Origin: Auanema rhodensis
Lineage: Eukaryota; Animalia; Nematoda
Length of the DNA stretch: 64,000 bases
Direction: 5' to 3'
Assembly (NCBI GenBank): GCA_964057225.1
Contig: OZ059896.1
Span: 18,786,001-18,850,000 of the forward strand
Positions 52,975 to 62,846 of the stretch are shown here, in pieces. Each line of letters opens with the position of its first letter. Position 1 is the first letter of the stretch. The notes beneath the pieces were generated by a model that saw nothing but the letters and a program-made list of their open reading frames with translations, was not told the origin of the DNA and did not search any database. The position numbers and the translations under genes were made by a program.

Positions 52975-53436
52975 ATGGAAGATATGACATCCAACTTGAT
53001 TGAGAACACTTCCTTCGAAGAAGATCTCAAAAAGTTTTCACATCTTCCCAATACTACTGCGAACCTGAGACAGCTAATGGTCCTGGAGAAAAGGTTCTAC
53101 GACAACCTCGCCAGTGCTGTGAACCACCTCTCTGAGAGACTGGACAACATTGCTCAATCTCTAAATTTGAAACTAGACAGCCTAGCTGTTCAGACCGCGC
53201 CAAAGGCCTCCTGCATCTTTTGCAGCAAGCCAACCGCAGATGGCCACCGCACTGCAGCTTGTCCCATATATCCATCTTCTCCAGAGCGCACTTTACGTCT
53301 ACATGAATTGGGACTATGTATCAGATGCTTGAACCCGAAACATCCGGACACATGCGAGGTATCTTGTTATAGATGCAAGGCAGAGACCCACCATGGAGTT
53401 GTATGTGGGGAGACCAAACGTAAAAGACCCATGTAG
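52975..53436 (+). CDS. Accessory Cys/His-rich (triple zinc-knuckle-like) protein of element D
   Basis: Helical N-terminus, CIFC..H....C, CIRC....H...C, CYRC....HH...C and C-terminal KRKRP; ends 22 bp before the 3' LTR. Confidence 0.8.
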   Translation: MEDMTSNLIENTSFEEDLKKFSHLPNTTANLRQLMVLEKRFYDNLASAVNHLSERLDNIAQSLNLKLDSLAVQTAPKASCIFCSKPTADGHRTAACPIYPSSPERTLRLHELGLCIRCLNPKHPDTCEVSCYRCKAETHHGVVCGETKRKRPM

Positions 53437-53508
53437 GTCTTTACACTCTTGCCGCGAGTGTCGCGATAAGCGAGTAGGTTTTGTTTTTGTTATCTCTATC
53501 TCTCTCTA

Positions 53509-53553
<45 letters not shown>

Positions 53554-53797
53554 TTATCTCCTTCCTTTGTAACTAGATCAAAACACATATGCATAACATA
53601 TGTGTTAACATGTGGCATAAGTAACAGTTTATTTCAGACGACCGCCCAACAACGGAGGACAGTCTTACATTTTCAACGTTCGCAGTCAGTGATTTTATTC
53701 CGTGCTTGTCTTGTTAATTCATCAATAAACCCTTTTCTACATATTTGCTTTGTGTTTTACTTCCAACCATACTATACACTTGTGGTATAACGCCACA

Positions 53798-54547
53798 GAT
53801 TTTTTCATCGATTCTAGGTCTGAAAAAATAATAATATGAAATAATACTTTTATTTTAGTACCTTATGAGAAAACTTTCGGAGAATTTTTGATATTTTCTC
53901 ACTCTGAATAGGAACATTCTCGAGAATATTATCACTGCATTTGTTTTACTGCTAGTATTTTTTTCAATTGTATGAGATAATACAGAATAAAACATGTAAT
54001 TTATCAGGTAATGATTTTTTAAAACAAAAAATAACGACCCTGGCAGGACTCGAACCTACAATCTTCGGATCCGAAGTCCGACGCCTTATCCATTAGGCCA
54101 CAAGGCCAAGTAAATCGCATTCAAATTAGACAATTTGTATAACCCAACCCAGTAACTCACTAAAATGTAGTTAATTTTTTTTATCGATTCTAGGTCTGAA
54201 AAAATAATAATATGAAATAATACTTTTATTTTAGTACCTTATGAGAAAACCTTCTTGAAATTTTAGATATTTTCTCACTCTGAATAGGAACATTCTCGAG
54301 AATATTAACACTACATTTGTTTTACTGCTAGTATTTTTTTCAATTGTTTGAGATAATACAGAATAACACATGTAAACTATCAGGTAATGATTTTTTTAAA
54401 ACAAAAAATAACGACCCTGGCAGGACTCGAACCTACAATCTTCGGATCCGAAGTCCGACGCCTTATCCATTAGGCCACAAGGCCATGTAAATCGCATTCA
54501 AATTAGACAATTTGTATAACCCAACCCAGTAACTCACTAAAATGTAG
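53798..54547 (-). repeat. Inverted tRNA-Arg array segment (genes 54035-54107, 54412-54484)
   Basis: Reverse complement of the array unit. Confidence 0.96.
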
Positions 54548-54960
54548 TGTTCCATACGTGTCCTATAAGTAGAGCGATTGACAACGTCAATCGCTTATAA
54601 AACGGAACATTATAAAAACAAATAGCTGACGCTACATTTGAGAAACAGGAATTCAATGCAACAATGAACGAACACTTTTTCATATTAAGTTTAATTAAAG
54701 AAAGCCCAATTCAAGCGGAACCAAGTTCCGCGGACCTGATATAACCACTTTTTATGCTCGTAAGGAATACTATATAAGGTTTCCTTACGAGTCCTTTGGG
54801 CTGCGACTAGGAATCATTATGTAACTTTTATTATTGTAATTTGTATACTTTATCATAAATAAACCTTTCTCTCTATACTCTTTATCATTTATATTTGGAA
54901 GAAAAGAAAATAATTCCATGTGGTTACCCAGCCGGAACCCTGGGGAACCACCATGGAACG
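54548..54960 (+). repeat. Element E putative 5' LTR (TG...CG)
   Basis: Terminal inverted repeat TGTTCCAT/ATGGAACG; TATA at 54771; AATAAA at 54858. Confidence 0.8.
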
Positions 54961-54981
54961 TGGAGGTTCCACCGAGATTCG
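54961..54981 (+). promoter_or_regulatory. Primer-binding site, tRNA-Gln
   Basis: TGGAGGTTCCACCGAGATTCG is the complement of the tRNA-Gln 3' end. Confidence 0.9.
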
Positions 54982-55980
54982 TCTATAACCGACGAATCTC
55001 TAAGAACCATATTTCGCTACATAAATTTAATTTTGTTGTCTTTCATACATCTAATTAAAGAATTATATTTCGATTATGCTATATGAATTTATTTTGAAAT
55101 CTTTCTCTTCTTTATTTCATTCATTCAAAGAACTTTATTTTGATTTTGATTCATAAATTAATACTGAAATCTTATATACATTTATTTAAAAAAATATATT
55201 TTGAAACAACTTAATTTTGAAATTTTATATTCATTCATTTAAAAGAAACATTTCGATTTTAATCCATATTCTAAAATCTTTTATTCATTTTTAAAGAAAA
55301 ACTTTGTTCATAACTGTCATAAATTAATTTGAAATTCTTTTATATTTATTCATCTAATGAAGGTATTTCGATATTTTTTCTGTCAATTCTTATTAATTCT
55401 TTTTCTTACTTAAAAATAAAAAAATTCCATTTTTTTTTAATCAAAATCTATTCTATCTCTTATAAATTTTTGTTATAAAGTTTCAAACAATTTTTGAATC
55501 AAAAATGAATTAATTTCTTTCATGAATCATCACAAAATTCATTGTTTTATATATATTAAAATTCATTAATTTCTATTCTATCCTTTAAAATGTATTACTC
55601 CAATCAAAGAACGAAAAATAAAAAGAGAAAGATTTATTAAAGAAAACAAAAAAAAATACAAAAAAATTCAAGAGAAAATTCCAAACTGAAAAAAATATAA
55701 AAAAATTCCTTATCACAATAATTTTAGGACAAAAAACAACTAAATATTGTTTTAATCAGATTACGGTAGTTGATTATCAACAGTTCACTGTTTACCAACA
55801 ATCTCTAAATGGAGCGCGATTACTATGGATTGTTTTATCAATGGGTCATTTTATTCAAATTATTCATTTTATTTAATTTTTTCATGAATAATTGTTATCT
55901 TAATATTTTATATAAATTATATTATATATTTATCTTTATTTATACTATTCATTTTAGTATCTATAGCCATATTCTTGACA

Positions 55981-55993
55981 TCCCCGGCCTCTC
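55981..55993 (-). promoter_or_regulatory. Polypurine tract of element F
   Basis: GAGAGGCCGGGGA on the minus strand directly before the 3' LTR TGTCAAG. Confidence 0.75.
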
Positions 55994-56125
55994 AAATTTC
56001 TCGTCCCGAGAAAAAATTCTTCTTATTACTATTTATTCAATAGTTTAACAGTTTCATTAAAAACAACACTAAAAATAAACATTTACAACATACATGAGAA
56101 AATTCAAATTTCAACAAGAAAATAG

Positions 56126-57310
56126 TTATGGTGCTGTTTTTTTAAACTGTTGTTGAGGCTTATGGGTTTTGTGCAAATTCGCAGAATTCTTCTTATAAGA
56201 GAATTTCTCATATGGCTTTATATTTGTCGCTGGCTTTTGTTTCCGCCTTTCAATTCTATTTAGCATAGATGCGACACCCACAGATAGCAATTTTTTTTGT
56301 AGCATTGCAAAAAAACTTTTTACATGCTCAAACAAAATACGATCAGAAGATTTCTGATATGGTAACGGCCCACCGGCAAACCAGTAATTAGTAACAAGCG
56401 CAAGATCGTCTCCTCGACACCCTATGTACTGGACCCACAATTTATTATTAAGAGTAGCGCTCTCAGCTGCGAACATTTCATGGACCTTCTGCCACGTTCT
56501 CATACTTTCAAAAAATTTATTATCGTCATATCTTGCGATAGGACTTATTAACAAAATCTGGGATTCTAGGGCACATCCTAATCTCCCCAACTGTTTTGTT
56601 ATCTTACTAATCTCATCTTCTTCACAAATCACAGGCACTACAACCAATACATACCTAACATTATTATAATTCAACAACTTAGGGATGACTTCTCCAGTCA
56701 AATTTTCATAGACTATACAGTCACCAAATGGAAAGTATAAGTCGTTTACCGCGTTCATTCTTTTCGGTACAAAAAGCACATCTTTTTTAGAAGGTTTTAC
56801 AACACGGGCTATTTTTTCAGCAGCCAACAAAAAAGCTTTGGAAATGTCATCTGCTGACATATTAAATTCAACGTTACTTGAACAAGATATATGAAAATTC
56901 TCGATTACCGAGAAATTGACTTTTGCATGTAAACAAAATTTTTTTTGAATTAGGATCGCTTCAGCCATGCTTTCCGCATCCGGATGTACGTTCATCCTAT
57001 TGATAAAATTAATCTTTTCGGATATCCAAATTCTTGGATTTTTCATGATGCATAAAAACTGCGCTAGACGAAACGTGTTCTTTACTCTGATTCCTCTCAA
57101 TAATGTTGGACATCTGTTATCCAATATATCGCCATACGTAGCAGTTTTAAAGGAGCACATTTGATGGTTTCCATCAGGCATCACGTATTTTCCATCACAC
57201 TCATATAAAGGGTGACAAGCGTCTTTATGAGTGATGGTGATATTCCTGCAATAGAGCTCATTAATTTTGGTCTGTTTCCTTTTTTTTTTCAGTCTCAACT
57301 GGCATGTCAT
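56126..57310 (-). CDS. Post-integrase domain of unknown function (probably fused to pol across an A10 run)
   Basis: 394-codon open frame overlapping the pol end; removing one A from the run at 57280-57289 joins the frames. Confidence 0.7.
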   Translation of the reverse strand: MTCQLRLKKKRKQTKINELYCRNITITHKDACHPLYECDGKYVMPDGNHQMCSFKTATYGDILDNRCPTLLRGIRVKNTFRLAQFLCIMKNPRIWISEKINFINRMNVHPDAESMAEAILIQKKFCLHAKVNFSVIENFHISCSSNVEFNMSADDISKAFLLAAEKIARVVKPSKKDVLFVPKRMNAVNDLYFPFGDCIVYENLTGEVIPKLLNYNNVRYVLVVVPVICEEDEISKITKQLGRLGCALESQILLISPIARYDDNKFFESMRTWQKVHEMFAAESATLNNKLWVQYIGCRGDDLALVTNYWFAGGPLPYQKSSDRILFEHVKSFFAMLQKKLLSVGVASMLNRIERRKQKPATNIKPYEKFSYKKNSANLHKTHKPQQQFKKTAP

Positions 57311-59660
57311 CTATTGCACTAGGGAGTTTCACTAACAAATCATACTGAATTTTTATGGGTTCATTTTTCCCTGTTAATTCTGTTATAAGAGCAGATGTCT
57401 TATAACACTCAATAATCCGATATGGACCTCGTAAATTATTTACCAATTTTTTATTAACATGCTTATGTTTTTCATTGATAATTTTTAAGTAAACTCTATC
57501 TCCGATGTGGAAAACCATTTGTTGTTTACTTTTCTTAGAGTCATAATACATTTTGAACTTTTCGCGTTCCTGATCATTTTTTTCAATGGCGAGTTTCCTT
57601 GATAACCGAAACCCTTCTAGAAGATCTACTTTGTATTCATCCAGTTCATATTCTACTAGTTTTGGTTTGTCAGGTTCGACAATGTTAGACACTAGATAAG
57701 GTTCAAACCCATGTAAAATGAAAAATGGGGATTCGCCTGTTGCTTCATGAGGCGTTGTGTTGTAAGCATACGTCACAAATGGTAAAAGTTTATCCCATTC
57801 TGAAGGACTATTACCTGCTTTTTTCAACGCTCTTTGAATAGTCTGATTAACTCGTTCAGTTATACCATTTTCCCTCGGGTTATAACCCATAGTAGTAATC
57901 CATTCAATATTTGTGATTCTTTTTATTTCATCTACTACTTTGTTCAAAAATTCAGTTCCTTTATCGGATAAAAATTTCTTAGGCCATTTCGCCCCTTCAC
58001 AAATCCATTTTACAACTATCACATTTGCTATAGTTGCTGCTGATTTGTCTGGTACAGCATATGCACCTAACCATTTACTGAAGTGATCTATTATAGCAAC
58101 AACATAACGATTGTTTGATGTTGTTCGACCCAGATCCATCACATCAATCCCAACCAATTCGAATGGTTTTTCCGTTCTATAAGGCTGTAATAGTGGAACT
58201 GGACTCGTTCGACTATTTGCTAAAAAACACTTTTTGCACTCACTATGCCATTTCCGTACATCTGAATCCAGACCGTCCCAAAAAAATTGTCTCTTTAGAG
58301 AACGTATAATTTTTTTCGGTCCAAAATGAGCTCCAAATAATCCTTCATGAGCTTCTTTATATATGTCATATCTTTTTGACGGAGGAATGACTAATAATTT
58401 CTCACCCTTCTCGTTGATATAATACAAGTTTTCTTTTGAAATTAGAAAATCACCGACAAATAGTTTATGTGCCAGTTTTGGCAGAAAAATTCTCTCTGTG
58501 AGTTTTTCATCACTTCTGAGATTGATAATATTTTTGTAATTTTCATCCATCATCAATTCAGCTATATTATCTCTCATTTGTAACGAACAAATATATTTTA
58601 TATCTGAGTCACTTTCAAGATCAAAATTATCTTGGACTGGAACACCTCGCGATAATGCATCCGCTATAACATTTCCTTTTCCTTTGACGTACTCAATAGT
58701 TATTCTGTATCGCTGTACAATCAGGCTCCATCTCAACATTCTCCCACTTGCTGTCTTCTTGAACAGACATGTCAATGGTTGATGATCAGTTTTCACAACT
58801 GTTTTTTCAGTATTATAAATGTAATATTGAAACTTCTCTAGCGCAAATACAATAGCCAGAGCTTCTAAATCTGTTACATGATAATTTTTTTCCGCTTTTG
58901 ACAAACCTTTAGAAACGAAGGCAATCGGGTGTAGAAAATTATCTTTTGCTTTCTGACATAACACCGCTCCTACACCAGATGCACACGCATCAGTGTATAT
59001 AATATATGGGTTTTTACCGCTATTTGCACCTTCCCAGTCAGGCTGTATTAGTACAGGAGCTTGAGTAAGCTTTTTCTTTAGAACTTCAAAAGCCTCTTTT
59101 CTCTCTCGGGTCCATTCCCATTTACTTTTTTCACTTGTCATTTCGTGCATTGGTTTAGCAATAGCAGCGAAATTTAGCACAAATTTTCTGTAATACGACG
59201 CCATTCCCAAGAATGTTCTTAATTCAGCAATCGTATTTGGTAAGGGATATTTTAAAATTGCCTCAATTTTATTCGGATCGGCGTGAATACCTTCTCCGTT
59301 TACTTTGTGGCCCAAATAATCCACTTCGTTTTGTAAAAGTTTACACTTAACCGCTTTCAACGATAAATTTGCTTGTTTCAGCGCTTCAAAAACATTCTTC
59401 ATAACTTCAAAATGTCTTTCGAAAGTATCTGTTGCAATCATTATATCGTCTATATAAACAAAAACTTCATTACTTTTGAGTAAATCTCCCAGAGCTTTGT
59501 CCATCATTCTTTGGAATGTTGGTGGACTAGTTGCTAAGCCAAAAGGACATACTACAAATTGAAAAGATCCTTCGCTGGTCACGAAAGATGTTTTTTCTTT
59601 ATCTTCTTCGGAAAGTTTTATTTGCCAAAACCCCGACGATAGATCAAATGTGGAAAATAT
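57261..59660 (-). CDS. Element F pol: RT core, RNase H, integrase (in frame with the upstream ORF after one TAA)
   Basis: IFSTFDLSSGFWQI, YIDD, YTDAC, TDHQPL, HHCC, SDKGTEF, GPYRI. Confidence 0.92.
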   Translation of the reverse strand: MFSTFDLSSGFWQIKLSEEDKEKTSFVTSEGSFQFVVCPFGLATSPPTFQRMMDKALGDLLKSNEVFVYIDDIMIATDTFERHFEVMKNVFEALKQANLSLKAVKCKLLQNEVDYLGHKVNGEGIHADPNKIEAILKYPLPNTIAELRTFLGMASYYRKFVLNFAAIAKPMHEMTSEKSKWEWTRERKEAFEVLKKKLTQAPVLIQPDWEGANSGKNPYIIYTDACASGVGAVLCQKAKDNFLHPIAFVSKGLSKAEKNYHVTDLEALAIVFALEKFQYYIYNTEKTVVKTDHQPLTCLFKKTASGRMLRWSLIVQRYRITIEYVKGKGNVIADALSRGVPVQDNFDLESDSDIKYICSLQMRDNIAELMMDENYKNIINLRSDEKLTERIFLPKLAHKLFVGDFLISKENLYYINEKGEKLLVIPPSKRYDIYKEAHEGLFGAHFGPKKIIRSLKRQFFWDGLDSDVRKWHSECKKCFLANSRTSPVPLLQPYRTEKPFELVGIDVMDLGRTTSNNRYVVAIIDHFSKWLGAYAVPDKSAATIANVIVVKWICEGAKWPKKFLSDKGTEFLNKVVDEIKRITNIEWITTMGYNPRENGITERVNQTIQRALKKAGNSPSEWDKLLPFVTYAYNTTPHEATGESPFFILHGFEPYLVSNIVEPDKPKLVEYELDEYKVDLLEGFRLSRKLAIEKNDQEREKFKMYYDSKKSKQQMVFHIGDRVYLKIINEKHKHVNKKLVNNLRGPYRIIECYKTSALITELTGKNEPIKIQYDLLVKLPSAIDDMPVETEKKKETDQN

Positions 59661-62417
59661 TTAATTCCCGTTCATCGATCTAAGAATGATATCTATCGTT
59701 GGTATTGGATAAGCATCTAGTTTCAGGACCTTATTCAATTCTCTATAATCTATACAGAGTCTGATAGATTTGTCTTTTTTCTCTACTAAGACTACAGGGC
59801 TTGCCCATGCGCTTTGGCTAGGTTCTATAACCCCTCTTTGTAATAGGTCTTTTATAATACCTCTAAACTCATTTTTTATACCAAACGGCACTGGTCGTAC
59901 TTTTTGACGAATAGGACTCGCATCTCCCGTATCAATATTCATAGTGACAATATTTGTTTGCTGCAGATCAGCATCAACCAACGCAAATATCGATGAATAT
60001 TCTTCTAAAAGGTCCTTGACCTTTGGATCAAAGGTTACACCACTTTTCTCTTCTAAGACAGCAATGACTTTTTCTGCTCTTCCAACCGGATCTGTTGGTT
60101 TAGCGTATTGATCTAACATACGCATCTCTAACACATCAATTGATTCGGTTTTCAATTCGTCATTCAGTGCAGTCAGCTTTTCAGTCCAATTCTCGGACTC
60201 CCATTTACCGACAATCTCTCCTTTCTTTATCGTGGTTGGCTGGCATGTCATGTTAGCCACAATCACTGTAGTGGAACTATTGGTGTCCACTTTACATATT
60301 CCCGTGGGTATATCACTCCTATGGGATACCAGTAAGCTATCTTTCTGCTCGTCACATGAGATTTGTAACGTTCTACTTTTATTTGCAGGTATATAAACTC
60401 TCTGTAAGGCTATGGCCTCCTTTCTATAAAACTTCAAAGATATGCCCAAATCTTTCAGGGCATTCGTACCAATAAGTATAGAATCATCTCTACTTTTTCT
60501 CACCAAAAAACATACTTGTGCAGTTTTTTTACTTTCTGAGCAATAAACTTCACAGCTTATTGCTCCAACAAAATTCATTCGCGTACCCGAGGCATTCGCT
60601 ATGAACTTATCTCCATTCCAAGGAAGTTGAGTTACACTTCTATCTAAGTCAACCCCTTCATTCATCAAATTAACTAGAGCTTGTGACGACATCACTGATA
60701 TTTGTGATCCCGTGTCAATAAGAACTTTTTTATTTCTCATGCTGCAGATTAACATAGGTAGTAAACTCTGCTCACCAATCAATTTTGCATCATAGCTGTT
60801 GTTGCATGTTTTGATAGTTTTGTTCCATGCAACAGCTTGCTTATTCATAACAGAACCCATATTGTTCTGTTCTTCTTCAATTCTTTTAGAATTGTCTGAT
60901 GGTCGTTTTCTCTCAGCACAATGTGTTGCTATATGACCACTTCTGTTACATATGTAACAAATAACTTCTTTTCTCTGTGGAAAATTACGAACCTTTTCAG
61001 TTACGTAACTGCCACGATTGGTCATGTGTTGACCACTAGCAGTATTATTCTGCTTCAAAAATCTCAGCCTGGGCAGGTTTACTTCAGGTATTCTGTCCTT
61101 TCTATGCTGATTGTAGTGAATGCGCTTATTTCTTTCACAACGTAAAGCGACCTCTTTCACCTTCTCATACACCTCCCCTTCTTCACTAGTCTCTATTGTC
61201 TCAAGTACTTGTAATGCACAAGTACATTCTCTGAGTACCTCATACAAGACTTGAGCTCTTGTGAACGATAACTTTGACATAGACAATCCGGGGTAAGCCT
61301 TCCTAGAAGTTTCTTCTAGTTTCATACAAAAGCTTATTAGATTGCTATTGTTGTCAAACTTCAAAGATTTAAGAGCAGCTATGGCATCTAACCTACTTGC
61401 TCTCTTAGAATACTCATGTTGCTTATTCAGTTCCTCTATTATTTTGTCGAGCGAACTGTTTCTGATTATTTCAGGCAACTCATCATACCTATCTCTCGCC
61501 TCTCCTCTTAATTTTTCTACAAACAGCGTTCTGCGGCCGCTTGCCGACAACGTGCTTTTTGGGTATTTCAGGTGAAACCCTTCTACAAAATGGTTCCATT
61601 TCTCGAACGACCCACTCGAAAAACTTGGAACATCAGGCAGCAATTGCGCTCGCATTATGTCCAAAAACGCTTCATTCTGCGCGCTGAGTCCATTAAAAGG
61701 CAAAGATGACTCACCCTTGGAGTCTAATCCCTCTTTTTTCTCCTGTTCCTGTTGAACATCCGTCAACCATTTCTGAGTTGTTCCTAACTCCTTCTGTCGA
61801 TGCAACTGTAAAATATATTCAATTTCAGAATTTTCCTCTTCTATTTTACCTGCTGCTTTATCATCAATCATCATATCCGCCATAGCTAATTGCGCTTGGC
61901 TCTCGATAGCTGCTGATCTCTGCAAATTAAAACTATTAAATATTTCATGCTTCAAAGATTTTTTATCACATTTGAAAAAATCGCATAAATCTTTCATAGT
62001 ACTATTAATGGCCCTTATCTCGTCCACTATCTCACTTTCATTGAGTTGGAAAATCTCACAAATGAATTTAGTTGTTTCCGCTCGTTTATCAGCTAACTTC
62101 AGAGTATTACCCAACTCTGAAGGCTTTTTGAGCCCACTCTTGTTCATTACTGTAATAATGGACTGGATAAATCTCCAATTTTGCCCTTTTCGCAATTCAC
62201 TAGCTAAATTTTGCTTCATTGAGTTTATCAAATTAGCAACTTTCTGCTCTGCTCTCCTTTTCTCAGCAGAATTTCTGATTTTTTCCGTAAAATCTTTACG
62301 TAAACAATCATTCAACGGCTCAATAGCCGATAATATTTCAGAGATGAATGAATTCAACATTACCTCTTCAAATGCGCTCTCGAAGTCCATATCGAGCAAT
62401 TCATTCACAAATGACAT
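59661..62417 (-). CDS. Element F gag-protease-RT N-terminus, ending in a premature stop
   Basis: CCHC knuckle CYICNRSGHIATHC, protease LIDTGS, WASPVVLV and RLCIDYRELN; first ATG at 62417. Confidence 0.92.
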   Translation of the reverse strand: MSFVNELLDMDFESAFEEVMLNSFISEILSAIEPLNDCLRKDFTEKIRNSAEKRRAEQKVANLINSMKQNLASELRKGQNWRFIQSIITVMNKSGLKKPSELGNTLKLADKRAETTKFICEIFQLNESEIVDEIRAINSTMKDLCDFFKCDKKSLKHEIFNSFNLQRSAAIESQAQLAMADMMIDDKAAGKIEEENSEIEYILQLHRQKELGTTQKWLTDVQQEQEKKEGLDSKGESSLPFNGLSAQNEAFLDIMRAQLLPDVPSFSSGSFEKWNHFVEGFHLKYPKSTLSASGRRTLFVEKLRGEARDRYDELPEIIRNSSLDKIIEELNKQHEYSKRASRLDAIAALKSLKFDNNSNLISFCMKLEETSRKAYPGLSMSKLSFTRAQVLYEVLRECTCALQVLETIETSEEGEVYEKVKEVALRCERNKRIHYNQHRKDRIPEVNLPRLRFLKQNNTASGQHMTNRGSYVTEKVRNFPQRKEVICYICNRSGHIATHCAERKRPSDNSKRIEEEQNNMGSVMNKQAVAWNKTIKTCNNSYDAKLIGEQSLLPMLICSMRNKKVLIDTGSQISVMSSQALVNLMNEGVDLDRSVTQLPWNGDKFIANASGTRMNFVGAISCEVYCSESKKTAQVCFLVRKSRDDSILIGTNALKDLGISLKFYRKEAIALQRVYIPANKSRTLQISCDEQKDSLLVSHRSDIPTGICKVDTNSSTTVIVANMTCQPTTIKKGEIVGKWESENWTEKLTALNDELKTESIDVLEMRMLDQYAKPTDPVGRAEKVIAVLEEKSGVTFDPKVKDLLEEYSSIFALVDADLQQTNIVTMNIDTGDASPIRQKVRPVPFGIKNEFRGIIKDLLQRGVIEPSQSAWASPVVLVEKKDKSIRLCIDYRELNKVLKLDAYPIPTIDIILRSMNGN

Positions 62418-62831
62418 TTCACCTATCAATGAAAAAAAATTACTAGAAATTCCTCTACTAATTTATTGCTATTTGAAAGAACCAAACAAGCACTTATATC
62501 AAGAAAATTGAATTTACTTGATATTAGTTACTACTACCCAAGTTCTGAATGTAGTTCACAGCGGAAGAAATCAGAAAAAGTGTTTAAAAGAAAACACTTT
62601 AACCAAAAACAACCGTACAACAATATACCAAGAGACACTGTTGTTACCAACACTGTCAAATGATAATTGTTCTGTAAACTTCACTTTTATTCGGCAAATA
62701 CCAAACAAAATTGAATGAATACAAACAGAACCCTATTCAGGTAGCAGTGACTTTTTCACCAAACTCTATTCGAGCTTTCAAACAGGGTTATATGAGCAAT
62801 TAGCTCAACCCAAACAATAAAATAGTGAAGA

Positions 62832-62846
62832 CCGGTTCGGCCCCCA
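62832..62846 (-). promoter_or_regulatory. Primer-binding site, tRNA-Pro
   Basis: Plus strand reads CCGGTTCGGCCCCCA, matching the 3' end plus CCA of nematode tRNA-Pro as recalled; it abuts the 5' LTR. Confidence 0.85.

Larger units (their letters stand above)
44110..53797 (+). mobile_element. Element D: full-length BEL/Pao LTR retrotransposon with phlebovirus-like env
   Basis: TG...CA LTRs 44110-44440 and 53459-53797, differing in (CT)n length and one seen SNP; 5-bp TSD GATAT/GATTT with one mismatch; PBS; 2643-aa ORF. Confidence 0.96.

Noticed and set aside
54548-62429. A single LTR element with gag-pol antisense to its LTR/PBS
   Set aside because: The minus-strand ORFs belong to nested element F, which has its own LTRs, PBS, PPT and TSD.
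19766-62511. Short antisense or alternate-frame ORFs overlapping the large polyproteins
   Set aside because: They have no recognisable motifs and are expected shadows of long coding frames.
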